Part shown: positions 21,109-31,048 of the stretch, in pieces | How the letters are laid out: each line of letters opens with the position of its first letter | How positions within the stretch are numbered: position 1 is the first letter of the stretch | NCBI GenBank assembly: GCA_050946275.1 | Contig: JBMNUM010000006.1 | Location: 28,173 to 92,172 of the forward strand | Length of the DNA: 64,000 bases | DNA from: Coriobacteriales bacterium | GTDB taxonomy: Bacteria; Actinomycetota; Coriobacteriia; Coriobacteriales; CADBOM01 | Direction: 5' to 3' | The notes under the pieces: generated by a model | What the model saw: only the letters and a program-made list of their open reading frames with translations | Told to the model about the DNA's origin: nothing | Database searches by the model: none | Translations under genes and position numbers: made by a program

Positions 21109-21627
21109 CTATTCCTCCGGGACGGCGACCGACAGCGTGCTCAGCACGGTCTGCACGGGCTCGTCCGCATCGGTGATCTCGTACGCGGTCACGTACATGT
21201 AGTACTCGTCGTTGACCGGCGCGAAGTAGTACCGACTCGCGTTGTCGTTGAACTCGAAGTCCACGGGAATCCACGTGGTCTCGCCGATCACGATCGGGTC
21301 GCTCGGCTTGGAGTTGTAGTAGCTCGCGCGCTCGACGGCCTCGCCCTCGACGGTGTCGCCCTCGAACAGCTTCTCGCAGAAGATCTTCATGATCTGCTGG
21401 TCGTTGTCCTTCGACGCGATGGTCACATAGGAATCGGACTCGTTGTCCTCCGCCCATCCGTCGGGCATATTGAACGATGCATACTGGATCGTCGTGGGCG
21501 TGCCGGGCGCATCGGGCGCCGCCGCACCATTTCCTCCGTCGCTCGAGCCGCCGCAACCGAAGAGGCCGAGCGTCAGCACGAACGCGCATGCGATGACGAT
21601 GCCAACCAGAAGCTTCTTGGATTTCAT
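21109..21627 (-). CDS. Hypothetical lipoprotein
   Basis: MKSKK + hydrophobic stretch + LFGC lipobox; RBS AAGGAGG. Confidence 0.75.
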   Translation of the reverse strand: MKSKKLLVGIVIACAFVLTLGLFGCGGSSDGGNGAAAPDAPGTPTTIQYASFNMPDGWAEDNESDSYVTIASKDNDQQIMKIFCEKLFEGDTVEGEAVERASYYNSKPSDPIVIGETTWIPVDFEFNDNASRYYFAPVNDEYYMYVTAYEITDADEPVQTVLSTLSVAVPEE

Positions 21628-21822
21628 AGCGCATCCCTCCTTCTCGGAAGTGCCTGCCATACCACCTCCATTGTCCCACGGATGAGTCATGTAGGACAGG
21701 GGCGAGACGGGCGGCCCGCCCCTTTGTCCCAGTCCCGTCGCCCGACTTGTCGCTGTTGCCGCACGGGAGTCACGGTATGTTGATTAGGACAGACCATAAA
21801 CGCAGAAATCGAGAGAAATTTC

Positions 21823-23271
21823 ATGGAGAAGAAATTCAACGACCTGGGGCTCTCCGCCGACGTTCTCGCAGCGGTTGAGGAGATGGGCTACGAGACGCCC
21901 ACCCCCGTTCAGGAGCAGACGATCCCGCTGGTGCTCGACCATAAGGATGTCGTGGGCGCCGCCCAGACAGGCACGGGTAAGACGGCGGCATTCGTGCTGC
22001 CCATCATGGATTTGCTGCAGCAGCGCGCCGACGCTTTCTACGCGGAGTGGAAAGAGCAGCAGCGCAAGCGCGAGGAGGCCGACCGCCGCAATGCGGAAAA
22101 GCGCGAGGCAGAGGCCAAGAAGGCCGCCAAGGACGATAAGGACGGCAAGGGCGAGAAATCCGACAAGGACGGTAAGCCCGGCAAGAAGAAGCGCCGCAAG
22201 AAGAAGAAAGCGCCGAAGCGCAAGGGCCCGTTCGCGCTCATCATCACCCCGACGCGCGAGCTCGCGCAGCAAATCGACGACGTATCTGCCACCGTTGCCG
22301 AGCACACGCGCCTGCGCGTGCTCACCATCGTCGGCGGCAAGAAATACGGTCCGCAGATCGAGGGCATCCAGAAGGGCATCGACGTGCTCGTCGCCACGCC
22401 CGGCAGGCTCATCGACCTCATGAACCAGGATGCCGTCGACCTCACGAAGGTCGAGTTCCTCGTTCTCGACGAGGCAGACCGCATGCTCGACATGGGCTTC
22501 TGGCCGAGCGTTCGCAAGATCGTCGCAGCCGTGCCCGAGGAGCGCCAGACGCTGCTGTTCTCGGCGACCCTTTCCAAGGACATCATGAATTCGACGCACT
22601 CGCTGCTCAAGGACCCCGAGTTCGTCGAGATCGCGCACAAGGGCGAGACGGCGGACACGGTCGAGCAGTACGTCATGCCGGTCAGCCAGACGCAGAAGAA
22701 CGACCTGCTCCAGGCGCTGCTCGAGGAGAAGGGCGGCACGCGCATCCTCGTGTTCACGCGCACGAAGCGACGTGCCGACATGTGCGCCCGCAGGCTCAAG
22801 AAGGCCTCTCTGCGCGCCGACTCGATCCACGCGGATAAGACGCAGGCCCAGCGCACGCGCATCCTCGAGGACTTCAAGCGCGGCAAGATCGACATCCTCA
22901 TCGCGACCGACGTGCTTGCGCGCGGCATCGACGTGAGCGAGGTCGGCTATGTGGTGAACTACGATGTGCCGCTCAACCCCGAGGACTACGTGCACCGCAT
23001 CGGCCGCACGGGCCGCGCCGGCGAGAACGGCATGGCCTTCACCTTCGTGGCCGTCGACGAGATCACGGCGTTTCGCGAGATCGAGTATTTCACGAAGAAG
23101 ATCATCGACGTGTACGACCTCGAGGACTTCCCGTACAGCGACAACCGCATCGTGCCCAAGCCCGACCGCAGCCCTGAGCGCGGACGCACCGCAAGCGGAA
23201 AGCGCAAGATGGCCTTCAGCGGCTCGCGCCAGCGCCGAGGAGGTTATCCCGGCCGAGGAAGGCGCCGCTAA
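21823..23271 (+). CDS. DEAD-box RNA helicase
   Basis: Q motif, AQTGTGKT, PTRELA, TPGRL, DEAD, SAT, ARGID, HRIGRTGRAG. Confidence 0.96.
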   Translation: MEKKFNDLGLSADVLAAVEEMGYETPTPVQEQTIPLVLDHKDVVGAAQTGTGKTAAFVLPIMDLLQQRADAFYAEWKEQQRKREEADRRNAEKREAEAKKAAKDDKDGKGEKSDKDGKPGKKKRRKKKKAPKRKGPFALIITPTRELAQQIDDVSATVAEHTRLRVLTIVGGKKYGPQIEGIQKGIDVLVATPGRLIDLMNQDAVDLTKVEFLVLDEADRMLDMGFWPSVRKIVAAVPEERQTLLFSATLSKDIMNSTHSLLKDPEFVEIAHKGETADTVEQYVMPVSQTQKNDLLQALLEEKGGTRILVFTRTKRRADMCARRLKKASLRADSIHADKTQAQRTRILEDFKRGKIDILIATDVLARGIDVSEVGYVVNYDVPLNPEDYVHRIGRTGRAGENGMAFTFVAVDEITAFREIEYFTKKIIDVYDLEDFPYSDNRIVPKPDRSPERGRTASGKRKMAFSGSRQRRGGYPGRGRRR

Positions 23272-23306
23272 AAACTGACAAACACGTCAGGCGTGTTTGC
23301 CAGGTT
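23272..23306. repeat. 35-bp palindromic repeat, copy 2
   Basis: AAACTGACAAACACGTCAGGCGTGTTTGCCAGGTT. Confidence 0.85.
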
Positions 23307-23399
23307 GGTCTCTGTTTGTCCCGCTATCGTCCCTCGGTATGAGTGTCGGCGGGGGTAAGCTATTGCCAGCTCGCACAACCGATATCCGAGGGAGGATTC

Positions 23400-24149
23400 A
23401 TGGACCAGCTTGCACGCGATCTTGCGACGTTTCGCACGTGGGTGGAGGAATGCCCTCCCGGGAAAATGGTGTTCTTCGGAGGCGCTGGTGTCTCCACGGA
23501 AAGCGGCATCCCCGACTTCCGCGGCACCGGGGGGCTGTACTCGCAGAAGTACGGCGACATCTCGCCCGAGGAGATGGTTTCGCGCTCGTTCTTTGACGCT
23601 CATCCTGAGAAATTCTACGAGTTCTACTTCGACCGCATGCTCTGCCTCGATATCCAACCCAACCAGGCGCATCGCAAGCTCGCCGAGCTCGAGCGCGAGG
23701 GCACGTTGCGCGCGGTCATCACGCAGAACGTGGATGGTCTGCACCAGAAGGCTGGGAGCAAGACGGTCTGGGAGCTACATGGCAGCCAGCTCACGAATCA
23801 CTGCATGGAATGCGGCGCCGAGTACGATCTCGAGGAGCTGGTGAAGCTGCACGACCAGTCGCCCACGGGCGTGCCGAAGTGTCCCGAGTGCGGCGGCATC
23901 GTGAAACCCGACGTCGTGCTCTTTGAAGAGGGGCTCGACACGCGCGTGCTCGAGGGCGCGGTCGATGCCATCCGGGCGGCCGACCTGTTCGTCATCGCCG
24001 GATCGTCGCTCGTCGTGTACCCCGCTGCGGGCCTCATCGATTACTTCTCCGGCGAGCATCTCGTGATCGTCAACCTGCAGCCGACCCCGCGTGACCGCCA
24101 TGCCGACCTCTGCCTCCAGGCACGCGTCGGCGAGGTCTTCGACTTCTAG
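23400..24149 (+). CDS. cobB: NAD-dependent protein deacylase (sirtuin)
   Basis: [27 protein letters not shown], two Cxx[18 protein letters not shown]. Confidence 0.92.
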   Translation: MDQLARDLATFRTWVEECPPGKMVFFGGAGVSTESGIPDFRGTGGLYSQKYGDISPEEMVSRSFFDAHPEKFYEFYFDRMLCLDIQPNQAHRKLAELEREGTLRAVITQNVDGLHQKAGSKTVWELHGSQLTNHCMECGAEYDLEELVKLHDQSPTGVPKCPECGGIVKPDVVLFEEGLDTRVLEGAVDAIRAADLFVIAGSSLVVYPAAGLIDYFSGEHLVIVNLQPTPRDRHADLCLQARVGEVFDF

Positions 24150-24230
24150 CCGCTCGAACGAGTCGAGGGACTGTCTTCCAGCTCATCCGTATAATGGAAA
24201 GCGACAGACAACCCCCGGTAGGGAGAGATT

Positions 24231-25223
24231 ATGAACGACACCTTCGTTTCGATCTCGGGGCAGGGATCGTACCATCAGCAGCAGAGCAAGCCGCTGCGCG
24301 GCGTTTCGGGCCGCGCGCTCATCCCGGCGATCATCGCCGGATTGCTCTTCGTGGGAATCATGTTCTCGGTTGTCAGGGACGCCGGCTGGGTCTCCTCGTA
24401 CGACAACACGATCGAGGGCGCGATCATGGCTGCGCGCACGGACGCGCTGTCCCCGATTTTCCGGACGCTCTCGTTCATCGGCTCATCGAAGGTGATGGCC
24501 GCCATAGCCGTCATCTTCCTCATATTCCTACTGGTGAAGAAGCAGTTCAAGGCGGCGATTTACTTCGTTGTCGTGCTCGTGGTCACCGTGGTCGTATGCT
24601 TGGCCGTGAAATACGGCGTCGGCCGGCCCCGCCCGCTTGATTTCCTGCTCGATGCGGAGCTCGTCGAGAAGGAACCGTGCTTCCCGTCGGGGCATTCGTG
24701 GAACTCGCTCATGCTCTTCAGCACGATGTTCGTCATTCTCAACGTCTACACGAAGAACACGAAGCGTCTCCGCGGCGTGGCGAAGCTCTTCCTGGTCATT
24801 GCCATCATCCTGCCGCTGGCCATCGCGTTCTCTCGTCTCTACATGGGCGAGCACTATCCCACCGACGTGACCGCGGGACTGCTCGGAGCGCTGTTCTTCA
24901 CCCTGCTGTGCGGGAGTTGGTATATGCGGAAGTTCATCGTGCGCGAGGAGCCGGCTCGTCAGCCTGTGCAGGGATGGCAGGGCGGTTCCGCACAGATGCG
25001 CGCGGTCATGCCGATGCAAAGCGACATCACCCAGGTTCACCCGGCCGCCATGCAGCGTAAACCGGCTGACGGGCGTCAGCGCGCTGCGACTCCCCGATCT
25101 GCCGATGTGACGGCTGTGATCGAGCCTCCGGCGAAGGCAAGGCCAGCAGATAAGGCCACCAACAAGTCCTCTGGCAACTCCAAGGGCGATGGCGGTGCCT
25201 ACGTTGGGAAGCACTCCAGGTAA
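24231..25223 (+). CDS. PAP2 family membrane phosphatase with disordered C-tail
   Basis: KYGVGRPRP, FPSGH, SRLYMGEHYPTDV; several TM helices. Confidence 0.9.
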   Translation: MNDTFVSISGQGSYHQQQSKPLRGVSGRALIPAIIAGLLFVGIMFSVVRDAGWVSSYDNTIEGAIMAARTDALSPIFRTLSFIGSSKVMAAIAVIFLIFLLVKKQFKAAIYFVVVLVVTVVVCLAVKYGVGRPRPLDFLLDAELVEKEPCFPSGHSWNSLMLFSTMFVILNVYTKNTKRLRGVAKLFLVIAIILPLAIAFSRLYMGEHYPTDVTAGLLGALFFTLLCGSWYMRKFIVREEPARQPVQGWQGGSAQMRAVMPMQSDITQVHPAAMQRKPADGRQRAATPRSADVTAVIEPPAKARPADKATNKSSGNSKGDGGAYVGKHSR

Positions 25224-25230
25224 CGTGCCT

Positions 25231-26328
25231 ATGGGAGCGCCGACCGGCAAGGTTCTCGTCGCCATGAGCGGAGGTGTTGACTCCTCCGTCACCGCGAGCC
25301 TGCTCCTGGAGCAGGGCTACGAGTGCCTCGGCGCGACCATGGATCTCATCGACCGCTCTCTTCTCGACGACGGCTCGGGCAACGTCGCCTCCTCGAAGTG
25401 CTGCAGCATCGATGACTTCAAGGACGCCACCGATGTGGCAATGAAGCTCGGGATTCCGCACGATGTCATCAACTATCAGGAGGAGTTCAAGCACTTCGTC
25501 GTAGCGCCTTTCGTCTCCGAATACCTCTCAGGGCGGACGCCGAACCCCTGCATCGAGTGCAACCGCCATCTGAAGTTCGACATTTTGCTTGGCCGCGCCG
25601 ACAAGCTCGGCTGCACGCATATCGCCACGGGCCATTACGCACGCATTTGGCGAGATGAGTCGGACCGCTACCATCTCTCGCGCGGTGTCGATGCGGGCAA
25701 GGACCAGACCTACGTGCTCTACTCCCTTACCCAGGAGCAGCTCGCGCGAACGCTCTTCCCACTCGGCGACTTCCCGAAGAGCGAGGTCCGCGCCATCGCC
25801 GAGGAGAAGGGATTCGTGAACGCTGGCAAGCGTGACAGCGAGGATATCTGCTTCATCCCCGATGGCGACTACGCGTCGTTCATCGAGAGATTCACGGGGG
25901 AGCAAAACGAGCCGGGGGACGTGCTCGACCTTGCGGGCAACGTTGTGGGACACCATCGCGGAGCCGCGTGCTACACGATTGGGCAGCGCAAGGGTCTCGG
26001 TGTGGCGATGGGCCACCCGGTCTACGTGTGCGACAAGGATATGGTGGCGAACACGGTAACGCTCGGACCACGTGAAGCGCTCATGTCAGATGGCTGTGGC
26101 GTAAGCGGGTTCAACTGGATATGGGAGGAACCGGCTCCGGGCGAAACACTGCGCTGCGACGTGAAGACGAACTACCGCCAACGTGCTTTCGCGGCAATGC
26201 TCGAGAACCATGGCGACGGGAAGGTGCGCGTCGTGTACGACGAACCGCACCAGAAGGCGGTTCCCGGTCAGGCGCTCGTCGCCTACAGCGGCGACGACGT
26301 CATAGGTGGAGGCACCATCACGCAATAA
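25231..26328 (+). CDS. mnmA: tRNA 2-thiouridine(34) synthase
   Basis: AMSGGVDSSV, TPNPCIECN, ATGHYA, KDQTYVL, DSEDICF, YTIGQRKGLG, PGQ. Confidence 0.96.
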   Translation: MGAPTGKVLVAMSGGVDSSVTASLLLEQGYECLGATMDLIDRSLLDDGSGNVASSKCCSIDDFKDATDVAMKLGIPHDVINYQEEFKHFVVAPFVSEYLSGRTPNPCIECNRHLKFDILLGRADKLGCTHIATGHYARIWRDESDRYHLSRGVDAGKDQTYVLYSLTQEQLARTLFPLGDFPKSEVRAIAEEKGFVNAGKRDSEDICFIPDGDYASFIERFTGEQNEPGDVLDLAGNVVGHHRGAACYTIGQRKGLGVAMGHPVYVCDKDMVANTVTLGPREALMSDGCGVSGFNWIWEEPAPGETLRCDVKTNYRQRAFAAMLENHGDGKVRVVYDEPHQKAVPGQALVAYSGDDVIGGGTITQ

Positions 26329-26361
26329 TCTGACAAACACGTCAGACGTACTTGTCAGGTT
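26327..26361. repeat. 35-bp palindromic repeat, copy 3
   Basis: AATCTGACAAACACGTCAGACGTACTTGTCAGGTT. Confidence 0.85.
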
Positions 26362-26363
26362 TC

Positions 26364-27152
26364 CTACAGGTCTATCTCGAGCGACACGGGGCAGTGGTCG
26401 CTGCCGAAAATCTCGCTGTGGATCCACGCCTTCTCGACGTTCGGGGCCAGCTCGTCGCTCACGAGGAAGTAGTCGATGCGCCATCCCGCGTTGTTCTTGC
26501 GGGCGTTGAAGCGATAGCTCCACCACGAGTACATGCCCTCGATATCCGGATGCAGGTGGCGGAACGTGTCGGTGAACCCGGCGTCGATCAGCTCGGTGAA
26601 CTTGCCGCGCTCCTCGTCGGAGAAGCCCGCGTTGCCGCGGTTGGGGCCGGGGCTCTTGAGGTCTATCTCCTGATGCGCCACGTTGAAGTCGCCGCACATG
26701 ATGACGGGCTTGGGGTCTGCAAGCCCCGGACCCTCGGGCAGAGTGCCCTCCTCGAGGCCCTTGCAGAACTCGCGGAACGCGTCGTCCCACTGCATGCGGT
26801 GGTCGATGCGGGCGAGCTCGTTCTGCGCATTCGGCGTGTAGACGTCCACGAACCAGAAGCCCGGGAACTCGAGCGCGCAGATGCGTCCCTCCGTGTCGAG
26901 CTCGGGCACGCCCACTTCATGCAGCACGCGCAGGGGCTCCTCCTTCGAGAACACCGCCGTGCCGGAATACCCCTTCTTCTCGGCGTAGCTCCAGTTGTCG
27001 TGGTACTGCGGGAGGTCAAGCTGCACCTGGCCTTCCTGCAGCTTCGTCTCCTGCAGGGCGAGGATGTCGGCATCGAGTTCGGCGACGATGTCCTCGAAGC
27101 CCTTCTTGATGACGGCGCGCAGGCCGTTGACGTTCCACGAGACGAGTTTCAT
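26364..27152 (-). CDS. xth: Exodeoxyribonuclease III (AP endonuclease)
   Basis: SWNVNGLRA, LQETK, GYSG, CGDFNVAH, GWRIDY, SDHCP. Confidence 0.96.
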   Translation of the reverse strand: MKLVSWNVNGLRAVIKKGFEDIVAELDADILALQETKLQEGQVQLDLPQYHDNWSYAEKKGYSGTAVFSKEEPLRVLHEVGVPELDTEGRICALEFPGFWFVDVYTPNAQNELARIDHRMQWDDAFREFCKGLEEGTLPEGPGLADPKPVIMCGDFNVAHQEIDLKSPGPNRGNAGFSDEERGKFTELIDAGFTDTFRHLHPDIEGMYSWWSYRFNARKNNAGWRIDYFLVSDELAPNVEKAWIHSEIFGSDHCPVSLEIDL

Positions 27153-27203
27153 GGGCGATTCCTTTCCGCATGCCGGGCAAGCAAGATTCTACCGGATGCA
27201 AGC

Positions 27204-27270
27204 GGGACAAAAGGGGGTCGGTCTCCGGTTGTCCCAAAATGGGACAGGTGGGAACGACCCCTTTTGCCCC
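27204..27270. repeat. REPIN-like inverted repeat pair
   Basis: GGGACAAAAGGGGGTCGGTCTCCGGTTGTCCCA-AAA-TGGGACAGGTGGGAACGACCCCTTTTGCCCC. Confidence 0.65.
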
Positions 27271-27337
27271 ATGCCCCATTTTTGTCCGGCGGTTGCTTTA
27301 TGATTTTCCCAACGAATCCTCACGATAGGAGCGCGTC

Positions 27338-30300
27338 ATGGAGAGAACGGCAGAACTCGAGCAATCGTTCGAGCGGCTGAACCCCGAGCAGCGGCAAGCT
27401 GTCGAGCATATGGACGGCCCCCTGCTCGTCATCGCGGGGCCCGGCACCGGTAAGACGCAGTTACTGAGCCTGCGCGCTGCGAACATACTGCTCAACCGCG
27501 ATGTCGCGCCGCGCAACATCTTGTGCCTCACCTACACCGAGGCAGGCGCCATCGCCATGAAGAAGCGCCTTGTCGGGCTCATCGGGCGCGATGCCTATGG
27601 CATCGAGGTCTCGACGTTCCACGGGTTCGCCTCGGGGCTGCGTTCGCGCTTCCCCGAGTACTTCAAGCGCGGCGCGAGCGCCGAGCTGATCTCGAGCCTG
27701 CACAAGAGCGAGATCATCGACAGCCTGCTGAGGCGTCTTCCCCCGAGCAGCCCGATCTTCGGCAGCGTCACCCAGGAGGGTGTGCATTCGGGCCTGCGCA
27801 ACGCCATCACGTTTATCGACAACTTCAAGAAATCGGGCCTGACACCGGACAGCTTCCGCGCGATTATGCATCAGACGCTCGGCTTCCTCGATTACCTCGA
27901 GGAGAACACGGACATCCTCGAGCTCGTCTCGCAGAGGATTCCCGGCAAGGCTGCCGAGAAGGAGGGCTTCGTCGAGACGGTGCGCAGCTCCATCGCGCAT
28001 GCCTGCACGTTCGCTCCCGATGAGTTCAAGGAGCCCGTCATCTCGACACCTGGCATCTACGTCCCCTATGCTCGTCATCTGCTCGCGCGCGTGACGGACG
28101 CCGAGTTCCTCGACGAGGATGGCAAGACAACGGGCTACGGTGACTTTCGCGACGCGTTCTTCGAAGGGACGGCCAGGGATGGCAAGTCGTTCAAGGACCG
28201 CAAGGCTTGCGAGAAGGCGCTCGCCATCATCGACATCTACGAGGAGTATGCGCAGGCGCTCGCAGAGGAGAACCTCTACGACTTCGACGACATGATCGCC
28301 GACGCCATCGAGGCCGTGCAGTCCTCGCCCGAGCTGCAGCAGAAGCTTCAGGACCAGTACCGCTACATCCAAGTCGATGAGTTCCAGGACACGAACGGCT
28401 CCCAGCTCCGCATCGTCGAGCTGCTCACCGAGGGCATCGATGCGCCCAACATCATGGCCGTGGGCGACGACGACCAGGCGATCATGCGCTTCCAGGGCGC
28501 ATCCGTTGCGTGTATCGGCCAGTTCAAGGATCTCTACAGCCCGACATACGTCGTGCTCAAGACGAACTATCGTTCCACGCCGGCCATCGTCGAGCTCGGC
28601 AAGGAGATTGCCGAGCAGGTCGAGAAGCGCCTTCCCGAGAGCGCCACGGACAAGGACGTGCAGGCCTTTCGACAGGACAACGAGCAGGAGGAGTTCACCG
28701 CCCGCGTCTTCGACTCGCAGGACATCGAGCTCTCCGCGATTGCCCGCGATATCCGGGAGCGCATCGACGCCGGATTCATCGGTGCATGCGACAAGCCCGA
28801 GGAGGCCATCGCCATCATCTCGCCCAAGCACAAGTCCCTTGGCGCGCTCATTCCCTACCTGCACGAGTACAACATCCCGTTCTCCTACCGGCATACATCG
28901 AACGTGTTCGAGATGGAGACGATGCAAACCCTCCTTGCCCTCATGCGCTGCGTGGTCGAGCTGGCGAGGGGAAGGGAGAGCTATGCCGAGGCCCAGCTCC
29001 CCCAGATCGTCTCCTCTGCGGAAGTCGGCGTCGACCATGAGGCGTGCGTGCGTTTCTCGCTGCACGCGAAGCGCAACCATCATCGCCGCTGGCTGCGCGC
29101 GTTCGAGGACTGCGGCGACGGTCGCCTCGAGCAGCTGCACGAGCGCATCGTCGATTGGGCTGGCGCCGCCTGGTCGTCACCTGTGCGCGAGTTGATCTTC
29201 AAGATGAGCAGGCCGATCGAGGCCTATTATCGCGAGCAGTCCGAGTCCGACCCGCTCAAGCTCGCCGAGTTCAATGCCGGCATCCGCGCCATCCTCGCTT
29301 TCGTGCAGGGAGAGCTCACGGGAGGGCGCAAGCTCGATCGAGCGATGCGCCTGCCGGATGTCGTCGACCGCATGGATGAGGCCGCGCGTTTCAAGGAGAC
29401 GATCGATGCCTCGATCGCGCTCGGCCGCGAAGATGCGGTCAAGCTCGTCTCGGCACATGGCTCGAAGGGCCTCGAGTACGACCTCGTCTACTTGCTCGAT
29501 GCCGATGATGACACGTGGCACCGCGGAGCCGCCGGCACGAGCTTCTTCGCGTCGAACATGCTCATCGGTGACACGAAGGACGAAGACGATGCGCGCCGCC
29601 TGCTCTTCGTCGCGGTGACGCGAGCCAAGCGCCTGCTCGAGGTGTACCACGCCAAGAACAACATCGTCCGCGAGCTCCAGGGCTTCGTGGGCGAGGAGCC
29701 CGCGCAGGTGAATGCCGATGAGCTGCGCCAGATCATCCAGATCGACTGGACGTCGTTCTTCGAGCTCGATACCCCGGAGCTCGTATCGCTGCTTGCTCCC
29801 GACCTGAGCAAGATGGAGCTTTCGGCAAGCGCGCTCAACGACTTCGTTGCATACGAGGAGGGGTGTGCGAACAGCACGGCGTTCCCCGGCAAGCGCATGA
29901 TCAGGCTGCCGCAGCCGCCGAACATCAACATGGAGTTCGGCACGAATGTTCACGCGTATCTCGAGGACTACGTCAACCACGTGCGGGGAGGCAGCGCCGA
30001 CCCCGACGAACTCGCGGCTCGGTTCAGGAGCATCATCTCCTGGATGGACTACACGGAAGAGGAGACCGAGGCGTACTCCAGGCGCTTCGACCGCGTCGTC
30101 GAGTCGTTCGTTCCCTGGTTCATCGGCGGGTTGAACCGACGCGTGGTGACGGAGGCGGATATCCACGCTCTCTCCCCGAGCGGGGTTCCGCTGCAGGGCA
30201 AATGCGACCTGCTGCTCATCGATGACGATGCCCGCACGATCGACGTCGCAGACTACAAGACCGGGTTCAACTATCCGACGGGCAGCCCGGATATCGGGTA

Positions 30301-30664
30301 TGAGCGCCAGCTCCAGTTCTACAAGCTGCTCATCGAGAACTCGCCCGAGTATGCTGGATACACGGTCGTCAGTGGCGTCGACTACTATGTCGAACCCGAG
30401 AAAGGCGCTGAGGGAGCCATCCACGAGCCCGTCCGCGCGACGATCGAGCGCTCGAAGATCGAGCATCTCTCGAGACTTATCGATGCTGTCTGGGATCGCA
30501 TTCAGACAGGTGCGTTCGACACCTCCGCCTTCGAGACATCAGAGGAGTTCGCGGCTGCGGTCGCTGCCGACGTCAACAAGGATGGGTCACCCAAGAAGCG
30601 TCGAACGAAGAAGGTCTTCCAGGCTGCCTACGAGCAGTGGCTGATCAACACGCACAGGTCATAG
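27338..30664 (+). CDS. UvrD/PcrA-family SF1 helicase fused to a C-terminal PD-(D/E)XK (RecB-type) nuclease
   Basis: AGPGTGKT, VDEFQD, VGDDDQAIMRFQGA, NYRS, HGSKGLEYD, RLLFVAVTRAK; nuclease GTNVH...GKCDLL...DYKTG...QLQFY. Confidence 0.9.
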   Translation: MERTAELEQSFERLNPEQRQAVEHMDGPLLVIAGPGTGKTQLLSLRAANILLNRDVAPRNILCLTYTEAGAIAMKKRLVGLIGRDAYGIEVSTFHGFASGLRSRFPEYFKRGASAELISSLHKSEIIDSLLRRLPPSSPIFGSVTQEGVHSGLRNAITFIDNFKKSGLTPDSFRAIMHQTLGFLDYLEENTDILELVSQRIPGKAAEKEGFVETVRSSIAHACTFAPDEFKEPVISTPGIYVPYARHLLARVTDAEFLDEDGKTTGYGDFRDAFFEGTARDGKSFKDRKACEKALAIIDIYEEYAQALAEENLYDFDDMIADAIEAVQSSPELQQKLQDQYRYIQVDEFQDTNGSQLRIVELLTEGIDAPNIMAVGDDDQAIMRFQGASVACIGQFKDLYSPTYVVLKTNYRSTPAIVELGKEIAEQVEKRLPESATDKDVQAFRQDNEQEEFTARVFDSQDIELSAIARDIRERIDAGFIGACDKPEEAIAIISPKHKSLGALIPYLHEYNIPFSYRHTSNVFEMETMQTLLALMRCVVELARGRESYAEAQLPQIVSSAEVGVDHEACVRFSLHAKRNHHRRWLRAFEDCGDGRLEQLHERIVDWAGAAWSSPVRELIFKMSRPIEAYYREQSESDPLKLAEFNAGIRAILAFVQGELTGGRKLDRAMRLPDVVDRMDEAARFKETIDASIALGREDAVKLVSAHGSKGLEYDLVYLLDADDDTWHRGAAGTSFFASNMLIGDTKDEDDARRLLFVAVTRAKRLLEVYHAKNNIVRELQGFVGEEPAQVNADELRQIIQIDWTSFFELDTPELVSLLAPDLSKMELSASALNDFVAYEEGCANSTAFPGKRMIRLPQPPNINMEFGTNVHAYLEDYVNHVRGGSADPDELAARFRSIISWMDYTEEETEAYSRRFDRVVESFVPWFIGGLNRRVVTEADIHALSPSGVPLQGKCDLLLIDDDARTIDVADYKTGFNYPTGSPDIGYERQLQFYKLLIENSPEYAGYTVVSGVDYYVEPEKGAEGAIHEPVRATIERSKIEHLSRLIDAVWDRIQTGAFDTSAFETSEEFAAAVAADVNKDGSPKKRRTKKVFQAAYEQWLINTHRS

Positions 30665-30763
30665 CAAGCCTGCGACGTGACAACGGCGGTCACCGTGATC
30701 GTCACGTGTGGAGGTGACAATGACGGCAACCGTGTTTGTCGCATAGATTAACGGATGCCTGTC

Positions 30764-30976
30764 CTAGAACATCACCGAGGAGCAGTGGTCGTTGCAGGGT
30801 GCGGTGTGGAATTCGCAGTCGCTCAGGCAATTCCATTTCCTGCCGCCCGCCACGGCCTCGAGGTCTTCATCGGAGAGCTCGTAGCCTTCGTTCTTGGCAA
30901 GCTCCAACAGCTCTTCGGGAGTGGTGCAGTTCCGCGCCTTCTCCTGCAGCTCCGGGCTCAGATCGCTGAAGTCCAT
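30764..30976 (-). CDS. Nif11-like leader peptide RiPP precursor
   Basis: Leader ...PEELLELAKNEGYELSDEDLEAVAGG, then core RKWNCLSDCEFHTAPCNDHCSSVMF; RBS AAAGGGAG. Confidence 0.85.
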   Translation of the reverse strand: MDFSDLSPELQEKARNCTTPEELLELAKNEGYELSDEDLEAVAGGRKWNCLSDCEFHTAPCNDHCSSVMF

Positions 30977-31048
30977 GGTGTCTCCCTTTCGTCAGGACCT
31001 GCTTGTCCATCTGCCATTGCTACGCGTCGTGTGAGATTCTTGTCCCAG

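Noticed and set aside
23400-24149. Sirtuin as a Sir2-type anti-phage effector paired with the HerA-like ATPase
   Set aside because: It is a canonical Zn-binding CobB-type deacylase in a housekeeping context about 19 kb from the ATPase.
19773-26361. 35-bp palindromes as a CRISPR array
   Set aside because: Copies are about 3 kb apart with whole genes between them; no spacers and no cas genes.
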